NCBI GenBank assembly: GCA_951406725.2
Contig: OX597833.1
Location: forward strand, 7,440,001-7,504,000
DNA length: 64,000 nucleotides
DNA from: Octopus vulgaris
Taxonomy: Eukaryota
Direction: 5' to 3'
How positions within the stretch are numbered: the first letter of the stretch is position 1; each line of letters begins with the position of its first letter. Below are positions 57,910 to 64,000 of the stretch, one piece after another. The notes beneath the pieces are model-generated. The model had not been told where the DNA came from and did no database searches. It was given only the letters and a program-made list of their open reading frames with translations. The translations under genes and the position numbers were made by a program.

Positions 57910-58473
57910 TGTTCATGTTTTTTTCAATCTACAGAGAAATAGTTAAATTAGACCCGTTTATATATGTATTTATATATGTATGTCTTTATTGACGATAAGT
58001 CCCGAAGGGTTTTCAGCGTTTAATAATAACTTGAGCTGCATTGTAATAAACCCGCTTGGATGGAATAATAAAAGACAGAATGGTACGTCAGGGTCTTGAA
58101 CCATGCACCTTATGTGACCTAGAGAGACCTGCATGACTCAGTGGTGGTGTGAGACGAGGTGGCTGCTTAGAACTTCTATTAATATGGAGGTAACTGGACG
58201 AGAAAAATGTTTAAACCAGTAAAAATTATATTGAGTTAAGCATGAGTTTGCTCTAAAGAAATACCTGAAATGGATTCTGTAAATATCTCTGGAATAAACG
58301 AACATGGTGGAGTTTGCAGGACCGTTTCTGGTGGGAGTAAAGGAAGCTATTTATAAAGAATTTCAAAACAACCCAATTGTTATTCCAAAAAACATTACGG
58401 AACTGGATTTAAGCCAAAAACATATCAAGACTATTTTTGCTGTTCTGGTGTTCTAAATTGGTTTTTATTACAA

Positions 58474-58517
<44 letters not shown>

Positions 58518-58544
58518 TTTTTATTACAAGTATATATATATACT

Positions 58545-58744
58545 TCAGTTAAAGCAGCAGAAAATTCAACAAAACCTGTTACTCTGAGATTCCCGTTGCC
58601 GTTCATCGGACAGTTTTTGAAACGGGAAACTCAGAGTAACAGGTTTTGTTGAATTTTCTGCTGCTTTAAATAAAGCATATTACTCTACCACTGGTATTTG
58701 AGTACTCTTTTTTCCACCTTGTTTCACATTTATGTGTTTACTCC

Positions 58745-58750
<6 letters not shown>
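58545..58750 (+). mobile_element. Fold-back HHR element family F, copy 3
   Basis: Left arm carries the minus-strand HHR ctgt-CCGATGA-acg gcaa cgg-GAAT-ctcagag-TA-acag (58576-58613); right arm has GAAA-ctcagag-TA-acag plus the extension. Confidence 0.82.
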
Positions 58751-58785
<35 letters not shown>

Positions 58786-59279
58786 TGTGTATAGGAATGT
58801 ATATACTTACATATATACATGCATACCTATAGTTATATATATATATATATGTAATATACCAATATTCACTTATACATGCACATACACACATACACACACA
58901 TATATGCATATATACATATGCATACATACATACATACATACGTGTGTGTGTGTGCGTGTGTGTATGTATGTGCAGTAATGAGAACTGAGATCGCCGTTCA
59001 CAGGTCACTGGTATCTCTTCGTAGGTTTTTCGTTTCACTCTACTAATTTAAGAGTCCTCAATCCCGAATGATGCTTTTGCTGTCAGACAGTGTTTAGTGT
59101 AACTGCGCAACACACAGCAGATACAAGGTTCGAATCGCAGAGGCGTTAATACATTTTTTTCCTGTCTTCTTTTTCAGATGCACACACACACACACACACA
59201 CACACCCTCACACATATATATTTCGTCTTGAATATTGACTACATAGACATACATAGAGTATGCATAATTTCATATAATA

Positions 59280-59360
59280 TAAGCACATATACAGAGACGG
59301 ACGAAATACCGCTAAGCATTTTGTCCGGCACGCTAACGATTCTGCCAGCTCAAGGCATTA

Positions 59361-59426
<66 letters not shown>

Positions 59427-59524
59427 GAAAACTTAGACTTAGAGAGTCTAAGCACATATACAGAGACGGACGAAATACCGCTAAGCATTTTGTCCGGCAC
59501 GCTATCGATTCTGCCAGCTCAAGG

Positions 59525-59586
<62 letters not shown>

Positions 59587-59795
59587 GGCGGCGAGCTGGC
59601 GGAATCGTTAGCGTGCCGGACGAAATGCTTAGCGGGATTTCGTCCGTCGCAACGGTCTGAGTTCAAATTCCGCCGAGGTTGTCTTTCATCTTTCGTGTGG
59701 TCGATAAAATAAGTACCAGTTGAACACTGGGGCCGATGTAATTGACTCATCGCTTCTCCCAAAATTACTGCCCTTGTGGCAAAATTTGAAACTAA
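59280..59795. mobile_element. Tandem-duplicated SINE M head (-) + (ATT)n, followed by SINE M (+)
   Basis: taagcacatatacagagacggacg...ctcaaggc(att)n at 59280 and 59449; ggcggcgagctgg at 59587. Confidence 0.88.
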
Positions 59796-59903
59796 TATGA
59801 TAACAGCAACAACAACAACAATAATAATAATAATAATAATAATAATGATGATGATAATAATAATAATAATAATGATGATAATAACAATGATAATAATAAT
59901 AAT

Positions 59904-59967
<64 letters not shown>

Positions 59968-60033
59968 GTTTCTTTTTTAATAATAATCTTTTATAATAAA
60001 CGGAGTAAAAGGAAGAAAAAATGATGATGATGG

Positions 60034-60105
<72 letters not shown>

Positions 60106-60354
60106 CAATGCACAGTTTGTGTTTGTAGAATGCAGATTGATAAATATTTGCGAAAGAGATGAAAGAGATTGGAAATAGAAGAATTAAGATGGCGGTTGTT
60201 TAAATTTTGGTATAAATGAAGAAATTATAGGATGGGTAACGATCTGGAATTCTTTAACACAAACACATACACACACATTCATACATACATACATACATAC
60301 ATATATATATACATATACATTTATACATATATATATACATACACATACATATGC

Positions 60355-60499
<145 letters not shown>

Positions 60500-60657
60500 T
60501 ATTTATATATATATATATACACACATATGTGTGTGTTGTATCAGGAAGTGATAAGTTCGTAGAAGCCATCTCCGGTCACTTAGAATAAAAAACTCAAAGA
60601 TAAGTCTGACAAAATATTTTCTGTGAGACTAATGATTATGGATTTTGTATATATGTA

Positions 60658-60728
<71 letters not shown>

Positions 60729-60770
60729 ATATATATATAAATACATATATATATATATATACATACATAC

Positions 60771-60816
<46 letters not shown>

Positions 60817-60821
60817 CATAC

Positions 60822-60908
<87 letters not shown>

Positions 60909-61291
60909 CATACACACATATTATGTGCATATATGTCATATATGTGTGTGCATGCATGTATGTACTGTTTTCAATTTGTTAAAAATTAATTTTCAAGTGA
61001 AACAGATACTGTTGCTGAAACGGATATTGTTGTTATGAGGGTGGCATACACCTGCCAATATCCACACTTTGGTTGCAGACCACTTAAAGTTTAGATAGTG
61101 TTAATTAGTTTATCAAATTATAACCAATGAAATTATAAGTGAAGTAAGTTACAACCAGTGAGTGAGTTTCTTTGCAATATGATCGTAAAACTAATAATTT
61201 TTGTCGTAAACTTATTCCTTGAATTTTGGGGGATTGTTGGGGGTAGGGTTTGTGCCCTGCCCTCCGTCTCTCCTGTGCGCTTATATATAAT

Positions 61292-61334
<43 letters not shown>

Positions 61335-61699
61335 TAACACAAATGCAGACACACACACACATACACATGTAATAAACATGCATACATACATACAAACAAA
61401 TGCGATGAAATGTAAATTGGCTAACACTGACGACCAAACTTCTGTTTCTGAAGTCGATAGTTGATACCCGTAAATTCCATAACAGTTCTGACTGTCACAT
61501 TGTAAATAACCATTTTCATCTGCAAGTTTTTAAACAGAATCGGGGTAATATCTATAACAGAGAATCTGTAGTTATTTTTTTTTTTTGTAAAAAAACTGTT
61601 TGACAGGTCGGTTCCTTAGTACAAGGCCCTGGGTAGATAGCAACTCCGAGGAATAGATTTTATACATCTCATGCACCCAGCCCATCCAATCCAGGAATT

Positions 61700-62330
61700 T
61701 ACCCAGAAACATCATCTGGTTTGCATCCCCATTTTCTTTAAATGTTTAAACTAATGTTGATAAAAATAAACTTTTTTAGATAAGATTTACCTTTTCATTA
61801 TAAGTACACGAAGAGTTTCGACAGGCGTTCTCTGAAAATCAGCCGTAATTGTGGTCCTTACATGAAGACACTCATCGCTAGCTTTTAAAAATGACAAGTT
61901 GGGTTGTGCATGTGGAAATATCGACCCTTGTTTCTTAGATCAGTTATGTAAAATAAAATTGAATGTATGTGAACCTGAAGTCAGCACAACCATGCGAAAC
62001 AAACAGTCAAACAGACGTCACTACGTCGGTAGGATTGAAGGTAACTTCAAACGAATATTATATAATCATGGTTCATCTTTCGGATATTTGACCGTTGACA
62101 TTGCACAACACCAATCACAACATCAGCATCTGGATTTAAGAGACCGGAACCATGACAGCAAAATCAAAGGGAACGTCTTTCAAAGATCGAAATCCTGTGT
62201 CAACGGATCAAAGAATGCAGGTTTCCACAACGGAAAGTGTTCAGATTAAAGATTCTTGGCGTTGCCTGAAAATCAGGAAAGAGATGTTCGCGAATGTCCC
62301 CACGCCGGAACAATGATATATTCAAATATA
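61700..62330 (+). mobile_element. Penelope-like element remnant: linker, Cys motif, GIY-YIG endonuclease
   Basis: RNIIWFASPFSLNV*TNV; LKISRNC; CACGNIDPCFLDQLC..HYVGRIEGNFKRILYNHGSSF..KSCVNGSK. Confidence 0.85.
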
Positions 62331-62589
62331 ACTTATGTTTATTGGAGGCATCTTTGTGGTAAATAAATCGTAGAATTCTTGGAAATCTTGTCGTGACAGA
62401 CTTTCTACTTTCACTTTGATTCCGATATTATGTAGTAGCAGATGGAAAGATGTGTTTCGCGTCACGGAATTCCATTTTGCAGCAAGTTTTTCAAGAAGGC
62501 AACATAATGGATACTCATGTTATTAATTAAAATATAAAGCATGTAAAAAAAAACAGCATATATTCAGTATCAAAATATATAAAGTAAGT

Positions 62590-63090
62590 GCTCAACGTAC
62601 GGGATTCAAGCCTCTTCTCCTTATCTCCTCAAAGACATACAGCATCCCGAAAGAGTCCAGAAGCTGGCTACCCGCATGGTTCATGGTCTCAAAAATTTGT
62701 CCTATGAAGAAAGGCTGAGGACGCTCGACCTTTATTCTCTTGAAAAACGCCGCCGCCGTGGTGATCTCATTCTCACCCACAACATCATAAGCGGAAAGTG
62801 TAACCTCTCGAAAGAGCTGTTCTTCACTCCTGCTCCAGAACGTCGGCTGCGGGGTCATTCCGAAAAGCTCTACCTGCGACGATTTCATCTCAATCGAAGG
62901 AGAGGAGTTTTCTCCGTCCGGGTTGCGGATCCGTGGAACAAGCTGCCAGACGAGATGGTGAAGATGCCGACGACCGCTTTGTTCAAAGCCTCCCTTGACC
63001 TCAAGTGGCCAGAACTCTTTACATGAACACCACCCTGTACTTAACTCCATGTCCCCCTACATGGCCTTGCTATTTGCTTTTGAGCCAAAT

Positions 63091-63122
<32 letters not shown>
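62590..63122 (+). mobile_element. CR1-clade LINE 3' end with (TAAC)n tail
   Basis: ERVQKLATRMVHGLKNLSYEERLRTLDLYSLEKRRRRGDLI..LRGHSEKL..FSVRVADPWNKLP; open to the stop at 63026; (taac)n tail. Confidence 0.92.
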
Positions 63123-63734
63123 ATGATGAAAATTCTTCCCAAAAGTTTGTCATAAGAAACAATCAAAATATCAAGAAGTAAATATCAATAAATGTAATGA
63201 AAAGAGTTTCAAAACAAACGGGGCTACAGTTTTCATGTAACTGGATAGAAAACATCTAGATAGAAGAATAAAATGAAAATATTTCCTGTCAATAAAAGGA
63301 TCCACAAAACTTGTGAACCAATTTCAAAATTATCAGAAATCAGAATGGAATCGACTTCAAATTAGCCTCAAAAGGTAATTTCAACTAATGATATAAGATT
63401 TTAGAATACCCCCATAAAACTATTTATCTATATATTGCATATCTATTATGTAAATTGCAAGCTAGACCAGTGACTCGCCACAAAAGGCTGTCCACGTTGA
63501 ACTGTAGCATGGGAAACGTTGCCGAGGAGACCAGGAAAAACGCTACAGAGACACACTTAGACACGCTTTAGAGCGTGTAATTTAAAATTCAAACAAAATT
63601 GCAGAGTTGTTAAGGGATTAAGAAATAACGTGTTAAGTCTCTTAACGCTAATTCTAGAAAAGCAGCGCATTTCGTGCACTCAGTGTGCAAAGATTTCCAT
63701 ATAAGAGTAGAAGAGGAAGGATTAAGGAATATCC

Positions 63735-63850
63735 TTATTGTACTTATTCTTTGTAAGCCTAGTACTTATTTTATCGTTCTCTTTTGCCGAATCGCTAAGT
63801 TTCGGGGATGCGAACACACCAACATCGGCTGTCAAGTGATGATGGACACG
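63735..63850 (-). mobile_element. SINE family C tail fragment
   Basis: cttattctttgtaagcctagtac..ttttgccgaatcgctaag. Confidence 0.8.
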
Positions 63851-64000
63851 CACACGCATATATGTGTGTATATGGGAGTCTGGTATAAAGAGAGAGAGAT
63901 TTCAAGAAAACGAGACTAGGCTGTTAGGAAGTGTAATATATGTGACCGCGTGTGTACTGTTGGCGATCTTTTTCCCTCTGTCTTCCCTTCTCTGGATCTT

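Overview
Eukaryotic, AT-rich, microsatellite-saturated non-coding DNA. The SINE repertoire and (TA)n/(CA)n/(TATC)n density suggest an octopus or other cephalopod genome (inference). No intact host gene is supported, and nearly all ORFs in the track are microsatellite translations. The window holds the end of a 184-bp satellite with a 3-monomer higher-order pattern, >25 tRNA-derived SINE copies from about 4 modular families, and decayed fragments of RTE, CR1, Tx1/L1, R4-like and Penelope-like (PLE) retroelements, Tc1/mariner, Helitron and Helentron-like elements. The main unexplained signal is at least 10 type-I minimal hammerhead ribozyme (HHR) motifs, read by eye. Several sit in fold-back elements within (TA)n tracts and one abuts PLE GIY-YIG remnants. 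They include recurrent non-canonical cores (CCGAnGA and a compensatory G3:C8 GUGAACA) and long stem-II forms. All structures are by-eye predictions and untested.
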